A DNA stretch of 12,334 nt from Campylobacterales bacterium (GTDB lineage Bacteria; Campylobacterota; Campylobacteria; Campylobacterales; Sulfurimonadaceae): contig JBBRBK010000057.1 of NCBI GenBank assembly GCA_038205935.1, positions 1 to 12,334 of the forward strand. Direction: 5' to 3'. The first letter of the stretch is position 1. Each line of letters starts with the position of its first letter. A program made the translations under genes and the position numbers. Below the pieces are notes generated by a model. The model searched no databases. It saw nothing but the letters and a program-made list of their open reading frames with translations, and was not told the DNA's origin. Below are positions 1 to 8,187 of the stretch, one piece after another.

Positions 1-2
1 GG

Positions 3-587
3 GGTGCAAGAGGGACTGGAAAATCTTCACTGATCAAAGCGCTTCTCAATGCCTACCAAGCCAAAAATCTTCGTATTATCGAGATAGACAGAGATGATCT
101 TGACGACCTTATAGAGATCTCAGATATGATCCGTCATCTTCCTTATAAGTTCATCATCTTTTGCGATGACCTTTCATTCGAAGAGGGCGAAAAAGGGTAT
201 AAAGGGCTCAAACGCATCCTTGAGGGTTCCATAGAAACACCGCCGAACAATGTCAAGATATACGCAACTTCAAATAGACGCCATCTCATCACAGAATACC
301 GCAGTGACAATGAAGGCACAAAAGTTGGAGATAACGGCGAGCTTCATTACTCGGACAGTGTTGAAGAAAAGATATCACTCAGCGACAGATTTGGTCTATG
401 GCTCTCATTTTATAGCGGTTCCCAAGCTGAATATTTAACAGTCGTTGATAGCTACTTTAAAGCATATAAAGGGGACAAAGAACTCTTACATGCAGAGGCG
501 CTTCGTTTTGCTCAAGTACGTGCTAGTAGAAGCGGAAGAACGGCGAAACAGTTTTATAATAGTTTCTTTAAAAGCTTAGAAGTGTAA
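3..587 (+). CDS. DUF815-family AAA+ ATP-binding protein, 5'-truncated by the window edge
   Basis: The frame is open from nt 3 and reads GARGTGKSSLIKA (Walker A), FIIFCDDLSFE (Walker B region), YATSNRRHL, EEKISLSDRFGLWLSF and RSGRTAKQF, all typical of DUF815. The listed ATG at 126 is internal. Confidence 0.9.
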   Translation, partial: GARGTGKSSLIKALLNAYQAKNLRIIEIDRDDLDDLIEISDMIRHLPYKFIIFCDDLSFEEGEKGYKGLKRILEGSIETPPNNVKIYATSNRRHLITEYRSDNEGTKVGDNGELHYSDSVEEKISLSDRFGLWLSFYSGSQAEYLTVVDSYFKAYKGDKELLHAEALRFAQVRASRSGRTAKQFYNSFFKSLEV

Positions 588-633
588 AATATTTTTAAGT
601 ACCTAAAATCAAAAAAATGTTAACATAACAATA

Positions 634-639
634 TATAAT
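634..639 (+). promoter_or_regulatory. Candidate sigma70 -10 box (TATAAT) for the diguanylate cyclase gene
   Basis: TATAAT lies in the 75-bp intergenic gap, with a GAGGA RBS just before ATG 663. The AT-rich context weakens specificity. Confidence 0.35.
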
Positions 640-662
640 ATTTTTTTAAAAGAACAGAGGAA

Positions 663-2645
663 ATGTCAGTGGAAACTAGTAGCGAGTTTGAGATCACAAA
701 GTATACATTTAGCGATTTAGTAGATGTCCCTGCATTTTCAAAAATTTTGGAGAGTTTTTTCAAAGGAACTGGAGTTCCAAATGCCCTAATAGACGAGGAT
801 GGAGAGGTAATCTCTCGAGCTGGCTGGGTTGATGCTTGTGCTGCATTTCATAGAGTAAATCCACAAAGCCATAAAAATTGTCTAGAGAGTAATCTTGAGC
901 TTATGCATAAGTTGCACGATGGTGAAGTCTCACACTCTTTTTGCAAAAATGGTTTACTTGAGTATGCAACACCAATCGTCATAGAAGGGCACAGATTGGC
1001 AACTTTGTTTTTGGGACAAGTTCTGAATTCTGCACCAGATATTGCTCTATTTCAAGAACAAGCTACAAAATTTGCTTATGACAAAGAAGCATACATGGAT
1101 GCAATCTTGAGCGTTCCCATTGTCTCCGGCCAACAGATGGAATCGCTTATGGAGTGTATGGTGGAAATGGCGCAGATGCTAGCTTCAAATGGATTGATAA
1201 AGTTACGTCAAGAAGCACTCGAACATGACTTACATAAAAGTACAGCGCAGCGTATTCAACTAGAAGATATTTTAAATTTTTCACCCATTGCAATAGGTTG
1301 GTCAAACCTCAATGGGAATATAGAATATATCAATCATCAGTTTACAGAACTATTTGGCTATACACTCGAAGATATACCTGATATTGACACATATTACAAG
1401 AAGGTTTATCCTGATGAGGATTATAGAAAAAATGTTATTTTGCCATGGTATAACGCTGTTATATTGGCTTATAAAAATGGTACGACTCCTCCTGAAATAG
1501 AAGGAAGCCTTACATGTAAGGATGGAACTCAGCGTTATATCGTCATTCGTATCGCATGGATCGGTGAATTGCGACTGGTAAATTTCAGTGATATGACCGC
1601 GCATTGGAAAAGTGAACAACGTAATCGCGCGCATGATAAGATGCTTGAGATGGTAGCAAAAGGTTTGCCTTTACCTGAGATATTACATGCTATTGCACTG
1701 GCTATAGAGGCTGAAGAACCTACTTCAAAATGCAGTATACTTTTACTGGATGAAGATGGAAAACATCTGCACTCTGGCGCATCTTCTAGCCTTCCAGAAT
1801 TCTATAATGATGCGCTTGAAGGTGTTGAAATCGGTCTTGGCGTGGGTTCATGTGGCACGGCTGCTTATCTCAAAGAGCGTGTTGTTGTCGAGGATATTAT
1901 GACCCATGAGTATTGGAAACCTTACAAAGAATTGGCACAAAAAGCTGACTTGGGAGCATGTTGGTCAGAACCTATTATGTCCTCTTATGGCAAAGTCCTT
2001 GGAACATTTGCTATTTATCATACTAAACCGGCAAAACCTAAGGAGGCTGATATAGAACGTATCAGTTTTGCAGCCACTCTTGCCGCCATTGCTATAGAAA
2101 ATAATAGAACTCAGGAAAAACTCGAGCATCAAGCATATTCCGATTACTTAACAGGTTTAGCAAATCGACGCTCATTTATGGAGCATTCAGAAGCGGAACT
2201 TTCACGTATTTCCCGTTATGACAGAAAACTTGCTCTTATCATGTTTGATATTGACCATTTTAAGCAGGTCAACGATACTTATGGACACAATATAGGAGAT
2301 CTTGTATTGCAAAAGATCGCTGATGTTTGTCGCAGTACTTTACGAACTATAGATATCATTGGTCGTATTGGCGGAGAAGAGTTCGCTGTTCTTTTACCTG
2401 AAACTGATCTCTCTAAAGCGATGGAAGTTGCTGAGCGTTTGCGTAAAGAAATGATGGTACAGGAAATTCCCGTATCTCAAAAAACTCCAGTAAAGTTTAC
2501 TGCTTCATTTGGCGTTGTAGCTATAAGCCATGAAAGTATAACGATTGACGAACTACTTCATCAAGCCGATACCGCACTCTATAAAGCAAAAGAGAGTGGG
2601 CGTAATCAAGTATCTATTTTTCAGAGTGATACAAAAGGAATATAA
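663..2645 (+). CDS. Diguanylate cyclase with N-terminal PocR ligand-binding, PAS and GAF domains
   Basis: PocR-like N-terminus with three Cys (DACAAFHR, KNCLES, FCKNGL..YATPIVIEG..LFLGQV). PAS (YINHQFTELFGY). GAF (GSCGTAAY..CWSEPI..VLGTFAIY). GGDEF domain (DYLTGLANRR, DIDHFKQVNDTYGH, RIGGEEF at 2370-2384) with an RxxD I-site (RTID). No transmembrane segment seen. Confidence 0.93.
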   Translation: MSVETSSEFEITKYTFSDLVDVPAFSKILESFFKGTGVPNALIDEDGEVISRAGWVDACAAFHRVNPQSHKNCLESNLELMHKLHDGEVSHSFCKNGLLEYATPIVIEGHRLATLFLGQVLNSAPDIALFQEQATKFAYDKEAYMDAILSVPIVSGQQMESLMECMVEMAQMLASNGLIKLRQEALEHDLHKSTAQRIQLEDILNFSPIAIGWSNLNGNIEYINHQFTELFGYTLEDIPDIDTYYKKVYPDEDYRKNVILPWYNAVILAYKNGTTPPEIEGSLTCKDGTQRYIVIRIAWIGELRLVNFSDMTAHWKSEQRNRAHDKMLEMVAKGLPLPEILHAIALAIEAEEPTSKCSILLLDEDGKHLHSGASSSLPEFYNDALEGVEIGLGVGSCGTAAYLKERVVVEDIMTHEYWKPYKELAQKADLGACWSEPIMSSYGKVLGTFAIYHTKPAKPKEADIERISFAATLAAIAIENNRTQEKLEHQAYSDYLTGLANRRSFMEHSEAELSRISRYDRKLALIMFDIDHFKQVNDTYGHNIGDLVLQKIADVCRSTLRTIDIIGRIGGEEFAVLLPETDLSKAMEVAERLRKEMMVQEIPVSQKTPVKFTASFGVVAISHESITIDELLHQADTALYKAKESGRNQVSIFQSDTKGI

Positions 2646-3026
2646 GTGAAAGAGATCAAATTTCCATTTTTAGAACATATAGGCGCAAAGCTTAAAGCAT
2701 GTGGTGATGGCAAGGCAGAGGTGGAACTTTTCACACAAGAGTATCATTTACAGCATCTAGGATTTATCCATGGCGGCGTTATCTCTACGCTTATGGATAA
2801 CACAGGATGGTACGCAGCCGTTTCAAATGTTGGTGAAGAGTTTACAGCTGTGACTATGGAGATAAAGATCAACTACCTCAAACCCGCTTCAGGCAAACAT
2901 CTCATAGCTTCTGCACAAATTAAAAGACAAGGGAGAACAACTTCATTTGTTCTTATAGAACTTCATGATGAAGGTAAACTTGTAGCATTCGCGACAGGCA
3001 CTTATGCCATACTCAAATGTTCATAG
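2646..3026 (+). CDS. PaaI-family hotdog-fold thioesterase
   Basis: GFIHGGVISTLMD motif and VTMEIKINYLKPA. GTG start directly abuts the upstream stop, with the AAGGA RBS inside the end of the DGC gene. Confidence 0.9.
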   Translation: MKEIKFPFLEHIGAKLKACGDGKAEVELFTQEYHLQHLGFIHGGVISTLMDNTGWYAAVSNVGEEFTAVTMEIKINYLKPASGKHLIASAQIKRQGRTTSFVLIELHDEGKLVAFATGTYAILKCS

Positions 3027-3086
3027 CAAAGACAAGATAATAAAATAGATCGAAATGAGATTGTAAATTCATTTTGAAGGAATAAA

Positions 3087-3776
3087 ATGGAAAATTATAA
3101 GCTTCTTGACATCTTGTCAGATAAAAAGGTGTTATATGCCGAAGACGAAGATGGAATCAGCAGGAACATCGTTGAGATTTTAGAACTTTTCTTTGAAAAA
3201 GTCGTAGCGGTTAAGGACGGAATTCAGGTTATGGAAGAGATATCACTTGGTAATTATGACGTTGTAATACTCGATATCTGTATGCCATATATGGATGGAC
3301 TTGAAGCCACAAAAAATATCAGACAAATTGATAAAAAAATTCCGATTATTATTCTCTCCGCTCATACTGAACAAAGCTACTTATGGAGAGCTGTAGAGCT
3401 AAAAATTACAAAGTATTTAACAAAGCCATATGATAAAAATATGCTTATTGACGCTCTAAAAACAGCTGCTTTAGAACTTGTTGACAATCAAATTTTTATA
3501 AACTTGAGCGAAAACTGTACCTATAATCCTTGTAGAAAAATTATCTGTTGCGACAATGTAGATATAAAATTATCAAAAAAAGAGAGCAGACTTTTAGAGT
3601 ATTTAATACAAAGAGCAAATCAAGTCGTAACATTTGATGATATTTATGATTATATTTGGAAATATGACCATCCTAGCAAAGAAGCAATAAAGTCGCTTAT
3701 CAAAGATATTAGAAAAAAGGTAGGTAAAGATTATATAAAAAACGTGCACGGAATAGGATATATTTTTGAATTATAA
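3087..3776 (+). CDS. OmpR/PhoB-family DNA-binding response regulator
   Basis: Receiver domain: LYAEDE, phospho-acceptor Asp63 in ILDICMP, ILSA and YLTKP. C-terminal winged helix: LSKKESRLLEYL..IKDIRKK..IKNVHGIGY. AAGGA RBS. Confidence 0.93.
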   Translation: MENYKLLDILSDKKVLYAEDEDGISRNIVEILELFFEKVVAVKDGIQVMEEISLGNYDVVILDICMPYMDGLEATKNIRQIDKKIPIIILSAHTEQSYLWRAVELKITKYLTKPYDKNMLIDALKTAALELVDNQIFINLSENCTYNPCRKIICCDNVDIKLSKKESRLLEYLIQRANQVVTFDDIYDYIWKYDHPSKEAIKSLIKDIRKKVGKDYIKNVHGIGYIFEL

Positions 3777-5487
3777 GCAACTATTTAGTGTCAAAACAAA
3801 AACAATTATATTTGTTTTAGCCATATATTTTTTACTCTCCGCAGCCTTTTTTCTTATCAGATACTTAGATATCAAAGAGTTTGTCACTATCCGTCAAGAT
3901 GCTGTATTTCAAAATGCAAAATCTCTTTATGAAGCCACGATTCAAAGAGCAAAAAAATTTTATGTAACTAGAGGGTATGCAAACATAGATTCTTTTGGGA
4001 TAAAAGATGCATTTGAAAAAGAAAACGCGGTATCTCTTCATCAATTAAGCCTTCCCAGGTGGAACATCATACGAAAAGAGAACCCTTATTTAAACTCGTT
4101 TTGCTTTTATGACAAAGAGGGTGATCTTTTAACCTATTTTGGGAAAATGCCTGAGAAAAAATTATCTTATAGACATAGTTCAAAAAAGTCATATGATGGC
4201 TTTTGGTTTAGCAACGGTACGTTTAACTATCATGCTGTTTCCGAGGCTAGAGATGCAAACTCCAAAATCATAGGCTACGTCGTTTTCGTCATAGACCCAA
4301 CATACTTTTTATCTGAGATTAAAAACTCTATGGATATCTACACTTATATTACCTATCAAAAGAGTGACGATAAAAGCATTGTTTTCGCGTTAAAAAATAA
4401 CGACTTCATTGATGGCATAATAAAAGATCGTAAGATAAACAATTTTTCAGAGATAACTACAAAAAATGGTATCTTTGTACCGCATATTATTAGCAGCGTC
4501 GGTTTAAGTGCAGCAAATAATTTTCAAATTACCTTCTTGCAAGATATAACGCAATGGAAAGAAATACTTCATAAAGCTATACTCCAGAGTTTAATCACTA
4601 TGATTATTTTAATGCTCATTACTGCAATCATCATTAGCTATGGCTTTGATACCATTTTAAAAAAGCTTGATGAATCAAACAATAAATTGAGAGAAAGTCA
4701 AAATACCTTGGAAAATCTCAATAAAAATCTACAAATAAAAGTTGAAAATGAGATATACAAAAGACTCAAAAAAGAAAATGAAGCTAATGAAAAAGAAAAA
4801 ATGCTACTGCATCAAAGCAAACTTGCAAGTATGGGAGAGATGATAGGAAATATTGCACATCAGTGGAGACAACCGCTAACAGAGCTCTCTTCTATCCTTA
4901 TTAATTTGGAGCTTTTTTTTGAAAGAGATAAACTGACCAAAGAAAAATTTCAAACGAAAGTCAAAGAGGCTAACGATCAGATAATGTTTATGTCTAAGAC
5001 GATTGATGACTTTAGAAACTTTTTTACTTCAAACAAAAAAGAGGAAGAGTACAAAATATCATCCGTTATAGATAATGTGCGAAAACTGATGGATTCTCCT
5101 TTAAAAAACAGCGATATTAATTTTAAAATAGAGATTGACAATGATTTTTTACTATGCGGTTATCCTAATGAGGTTTCGCAAGCATTGCTCAATATTGTTT
5201 GTAATGCCAAAGATGCTATTTTGGAAAGAAATGTGAAAGAAAGCTTAATAATCATAAAAACTTTTACACAAGATATGAAAAATATTGTCACAATTGAAGA
5301 TAATGCAGGAGGCGTACATGTAACGCCGATAGAGAAGATATTTGAACCTTATTTTAGTACAAAACATGCTAAAAGTGGTACAGGAATAGGGCTTTATATG
5401 ACAAAAACAATAATCGAAAAAAACAATCATGCCCTCATTGAGGTCAAAAATACGCAAGAAGGTACTATATTTATTATGATTTTTTAG
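3766..5487 (+). CDS. Membrane-bound sensor histidine kinase with a periplasmic (probably Cache-type) domain
   Basis: TTG start overlaps the regulator by 11 nt. Two hydrophobic segments flank a ~240-aa extracytoplasmic domain, followed by a coiled coil. H-box SMGEMIGNIAHQWRQPL (His365), N-box LNIVCNAKDA, and DNAGG, IFEPYFSTK and GTGIGLY boxes. Confidence 0.93.
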   Translation: MNYKQLFSVKTKTIIFVLAIYFLLSAAFFLIRYLDIKEFVTIRQDAVFQNAKSLYEATIQRAKKFYVTRGYANIDSFGIKDAFEKENAVSLHQLSLPRWNIIRKENPYLNSFCFYDKEGDLLTYFGKMPEKKLSYRHSSKKSYDGFWFSNGTFNYHAVSEARDANSKIIGYVVFVIDPTYFLSEIKNSMDIYTYITYQKSDDKSIVFALKNNDFIDGIIKDRKINNFSEITTKNGIFVPHIISSVGLSAANNFQITFLQDITQWKEILHKAILQSLITMIILMLITAIIISYGFDTILKKLDESNNKLRESQNTLENLNKNLQIKVENEIYKRLKKENEANEKEKMLLHQSKLASMGEMIGNIAHQWRQPLTELSSILINLELFFERDKLTKEKFQTKVKEANDQIMFMSKTIDDFRNFFTSNKKEEEYKISSVIDNVRKLMDSPLKNSDINFKIEIDNDFLLCGYPNEVSQALLNIVCNAKDAILERNVKESLIIIKTFTQDMKNIVTIEDNAGGVHVTPIEKIFEPYFSTKHAKSGTGIGLYMTKTIIEKNNHALIEVKNTQEGTIFIMIF

Positions 5488-5490
5488 ATC

Positions 5491-5522
5491 TCCCCCCTTT
5501 TCCCCCTTTTTAGTGTTAAAAT
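5491..5522 (+). promoter_or_regulatory. Tandem direct repeat TCCCCCCTTT-TCCCCCTTTT plus extended -10 (TGtTAAAAT); putative response-regulator-activated promoter of the MCP gene
   Basis: Direct repeat with a 10-bp period at 5491-5510, TG at 5514-5515 and hexamer at 5517-5522. A near-identical copy lies upstream of tsdA. Confidence 0.65.
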
Positions 5523-5556
5523 TACAAAAATTGACAAAACGTTTGGAGATATTACA

Positions 5557-7161
5557 TTGATTAACATCGCAACTATTAAAGGGAAGCTTAGTGCCTTTAT
5601 GGCATTTAGCTTCGTTATTTACTTGACACTGGGATACTTGTCCTATTCAAATAATAAAGATACGGCAAAAATGGCGGAAAGACTGGTCCTGTTAGGCAAT
5701 ATTAGTTCTTACACAAACGGTGCAATTATGGAGGTTCGAGGCTATCAGCTAAATCAAAAACCTGATTTTCTTGTGCGCTACAACGAGCAAAATGAAAAGC
5801 TTCACAACACACTTGAAACTCTTTTGAAGATGACTCGTTCAAAGGAAAATCAAGATCATTTAAAAACGATTATTGCCGCTCATAAAATGTGGGTAGAAAG
5901 TAATCTCTCTCGTTTGGAAATAATAAAAAAATATGGCAAAGAGATCGGAAATGTTGGATTTGAAAATACTCAAGCGGGAGAGGAGATGAAACATATTAAC
6001 AAGGCTTCTTTTTCAATCCAAAAAACAATGACTGGCGACATAGATAAGCTTCATGAGGCAATGGTCAAGAGAAATATTGCTACTCTAGACTCAAATGCAA
6101 CGGTGATGGAGATGATTATTATATTAACTGCCATCATCATGATGAGTGTGCTTTATTATATTCTTAATAATATCTCCGGCTCTATTGTTCGCTTAGAAGA
6201 GACAATTGAAACCGTAGCACATAAACTTGATTTTACGGGTAATACACAGATTCAAGGCAATGATGAACTTTCGCATATGGGACATAAACTCAATGAACTC
6301 GTGACTATACTACGCCAATCGTTTCAGACGATACTCTCAGCATCTAGTGAAAACCTCTCAGTTGCTGCCGAGCTCTCTGTCACAACTCTTGCTATTGGTA
6401 AAGCAGCTGAAAAAGAAGCGCAAATCGTTGCTCAAACAACGCAGGAATCGGATGATATGAAAGAGGCTATGCAAACCTCTTCTCGTGAAGCACAAAGTGT
6501 TCGAGAACAAGCTCTTGGTGCACGTGACAATCTTCATGAAGCGCAAAAAGCACTCCATAATACAATCGAGCAACTCTCTCTTACTGCCCAAATGGAGGGT
6601 GAAATTAATAGCAGACTTAATTCTCTTTCTCAAGAAGCATCTCAAGTAAAACAAGTTCTTACCGTTATTGCTGATATTGCTGATCAAACGAATCTTCTTG
6701 CCCTCAATGCGGCAATTGAAGCAGCGCGTGCTGGTGAACATGGTCGTGGATTTGCCGTTGTAGCTGATGAAGTACGTAAGTTAGCAGAACGAACTCAAAA
6801 AAGTCTTGTGGAAACCAATGCTACGGTTAATGTTATTGTCCAATCAATCAATGATATCACCGAGCAAATGAATCATAATGCGAGCCGAATCGAACAGTTA
6901 GTTAGTGCCTCTGCCGAAGTAGGGAGCCATACTGAAACTGCCGTACTAGCTTTAGCACATACGGTTACTGCCATTGAAAAACTTTCCAATGATACTCAAA
7001 TGAATGCTAATACAACGGATAGTATCATCAATAAAATCGCTAAAATCAACGAACTCTCTTGCTCCAATGCACGTAGTGTTGAAGAGATTGCTGCTGCTGC
7101 AGAACATCTACACCAAATGACAGAAGGTCTTACGGATCAAGTTTCCGTTTATCGAACCTAA
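5557..7161 (+). CDS. Methyl-accepting chemotaxis protein (TM - helical periplasmic domain - TM - HAMP - signalling domain)
   Basis: Hairpin-tip motif [41 protein letters not shown], two TM segments and a HAMP motif ([13 protein letters not shown]). TTG start with a GGAG RBS at 5545-5548. Confidence 0.95.
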   Translation: MINIATIKGKLSAFMAFSFVIYLTLGYLSYSNNKDTAKMAERLVLLGNISSYTNGAIMEVRGYQLNQKPDFLVRYNEQNEKLHNTLETLLKMTRSKENQDHLKTIIAAHKMWVESNLSRLEIIKKYGKEIGNVGFENTQAGEEMKHINKASFSIQKTMTGDIDKLHEAMVKRNIATLDSNATVMEMIIILTAIIMMSVLYYILNNISGSIVRLEETIETVAHKLDFTGNTQIQGNDELSHMGHKLNELVTILRQSFQTILSASSENLSVAAELSVTTLAIGKAAEKEAQIVAQTTQESDDMKEAMQTSSREAQSVREQALGARDNLHEAQKALHNTIEQLSLTAQMEGEINSRLNSLSQEASQVKQVLTVIADIADQTNLLALNAAIEAARAGEHGRGFAVVADEVRKLAERTQKSLVETNATVNVIVQSINDITEQMNHNASRIEQLVSASAEVGSHTETAVLALAHTVTAIEKLSNDTQMNANTTDSIINKIAKINELSCSNARSVEEIAAAAEHLHQMTEGLTDQVSVYRT

Positions 7162-7169
7162 TATTATTT

Positions 7170-7202
7170 TCCCCCTATTTTCCCCTTTTTTATTGTTATA
7201 CT
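7170..7202 (+). promoter_or_regulatory. Tandem direct repeat TCCCCCTATTT-TCCCCTTTTT plus extended -10 (TGtTATACT); putative regulated promoter of tsdA-porin
   Basis: 7171-7202 matches 5491-5522 at 25 of 32 positions without gaps, with the same spacing to the -10 hexamer (7197-7202). Confidence 0.65.
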
Positions 7203-7233
7203 TTTCTAATAAACATTTAAAAAGGGGATAGAG

Positions 7234-8175
7234 ATGAATACATTGACAAAAATCACTGTACTAAGTTTAGCTACAGTAAGCTGTTTATTTGCAGGAACTG
7301 CGCCAACAGTATATCCGGGTGGTGAACTAGGAAGAATGGTAAAACTTGGTGAAGATATTCTTGCGAACACGGATACTCATCCATTGACAAAAGATTTTGT
7401 CGGAAATAAATTGCAATGTACAAGTTGTCATTTAAAAGGTGAAGACGGAAAAGCTGGCACAAGTACCGGTATGTCTACGTTCATCGGGACTGCTACTGTT
7501 TTCCCTGCATATTCAAAAAGAGAACAAACGGTACAAACACTGCAAGACAGAGCAAATAATTGTTTCATGCGAAGTATGGACGGTAAACGCCTTGTTGTAG
7601 ACAGTGAAGCAAGTGTAGCGATTGCTGCTTATATTACTTGGCTTTCCACTGGTATGCCGATTCAAATGAATGAAAAAGCACCTGTTAGTCCTTTAAGCCT
7701 AAAAGCATATGCTAGTGGACAGAAAAAATTTGAAGAGATACAAAGAAAAGCGACGAATGCAAACTATTTAAATGGTCATAAAGTATATGATGAAAAATGT
7801 GCTGCTTGTCATGGACAAAATGGAGAAGGTATGGGCGCGTTCCCACCGCTTTGGGGCAAAGACATAAAAGGACAATCGTTGTCTTACAATACAGGGGCTG
7901 GGATGAGCAAACTCACAAAAGCTCCAGTTTGGGTACAGTCTAATATGCCATTTGGTCAGGGGGGAACATTAAGCGATCAAGAAGCTGCCGATGTCGTTAT
8001 TTTCTTCGATGCACAGGAAAGAGCTAATTTTGATCTTGAAAAAAGCTTGTTGCCAAAAGAACAAATGGGTGTTTATAATTCTAAAGTTTTTAGTGAAAAA
8101 CATTCTGTAAGAAGCAACTTCAAGGCGTTTGGTCTCAATATTGACGAAATTCGCGGCGATAAAATAATAAAATAA
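7234..8175 (+). CDS. tsdA: Periplasmic diheme c-type cytochrome thiosulfate dehydrogenase / tetrathionate reductase TsdA
   Basis: Sec signal peptide and two CxxCH motifs (CTSCH 7417-7431, CAACH 7798-7812). Active-site Cys110 in TLQDRANNCFMRSMDG. FPPLWG..SYNTGAGM and NMPFGQGGTLSDQEA motifs characteristic of TsdA. Confidence 0.88.
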   Translation: MNTLTKITVLSLATVSCLFAGTAPTVYPGGELGRMVKLGEDILANTDTHPLTKDFVGNKLQCTSCHLKGEDGKAGTSTGMSTFIGTATVFPAYSKREQTVQTLQDRANNCFMRSMDGKRLVVDSEASVAIAAYITWLSTGMPIQMNEKAPVSPLSLKAYASGQKKFEEIQRKATNANYLNGHKVYDEKCAACHGQNGEGMGAFPPLWGKDIKGQSLSYNTGAGMSKLTKAPVWVQSNMPFGQGGTLSDQEAADVVIFFDAQERANFDLEKSLLPKEQMGVYNSKVFSEKHSVRSNFKAFGLNIDEIRGDKIIK

Positions 8176-8187
8176 TTAGGATTAAAG

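Noticed and set aside
250..438. 62-aa alternative-frame ORF
   Set aside because: Lies wholly inside the DUF815 gene and has no motif.
617..626. Palindrome ATGTTAACAT upstream of the DGC gene
   Set aside because: Short, AT-rich and single-copy; could be an operator but cannot be distinguished from chance.
1350..1634. 94-aa - strand ORF
   Set aside because: Antisense shadow of the diguanylate cyclase.
4913..4920. T8 tract in the kinase as a phase-variation site
   Set aside because: The frame is intact, short A/T runs are common in this AT-rich DNA, and phase-variable tracts in this lineage are typically longer G/C runs.
5245..5457. 70-aa Cys-rich - strand ORF
   Set aside because: Antisense to the kinase ATPase domain; the Cys content arises from reverse-complemented ACA/GCA triplets.
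5491..5511. C-rich/T-rich tracts after the kinase and MCP genes as intrinsic terminators
   Set aside because: There is no upstream G-rich arm to form a stem before the T-runs; a direct-repeat operator fits better.
6358..6741. 127-aa - strand ORF
   Set aside because: Antisense to the conserved MCP signalling domain.
7234..7290. Cys17 of TsdA as a lipoprotein lipobox
   Set aside because: TVSC fits the lipobox poorly, and a signal peptidase I site (LFA) follows immediately.
7271..7462. 63-aa - strand ORF
   Set aside because: Antisense shadow of tsdA.
7234..8175. SoxA call for the diheme cytochrome
   Set aside because: Motif order (catalytic Cys after heme 1, then SYNxGAGM and NMP) fits TsdA, and no soxXYZB genes are adjacent.
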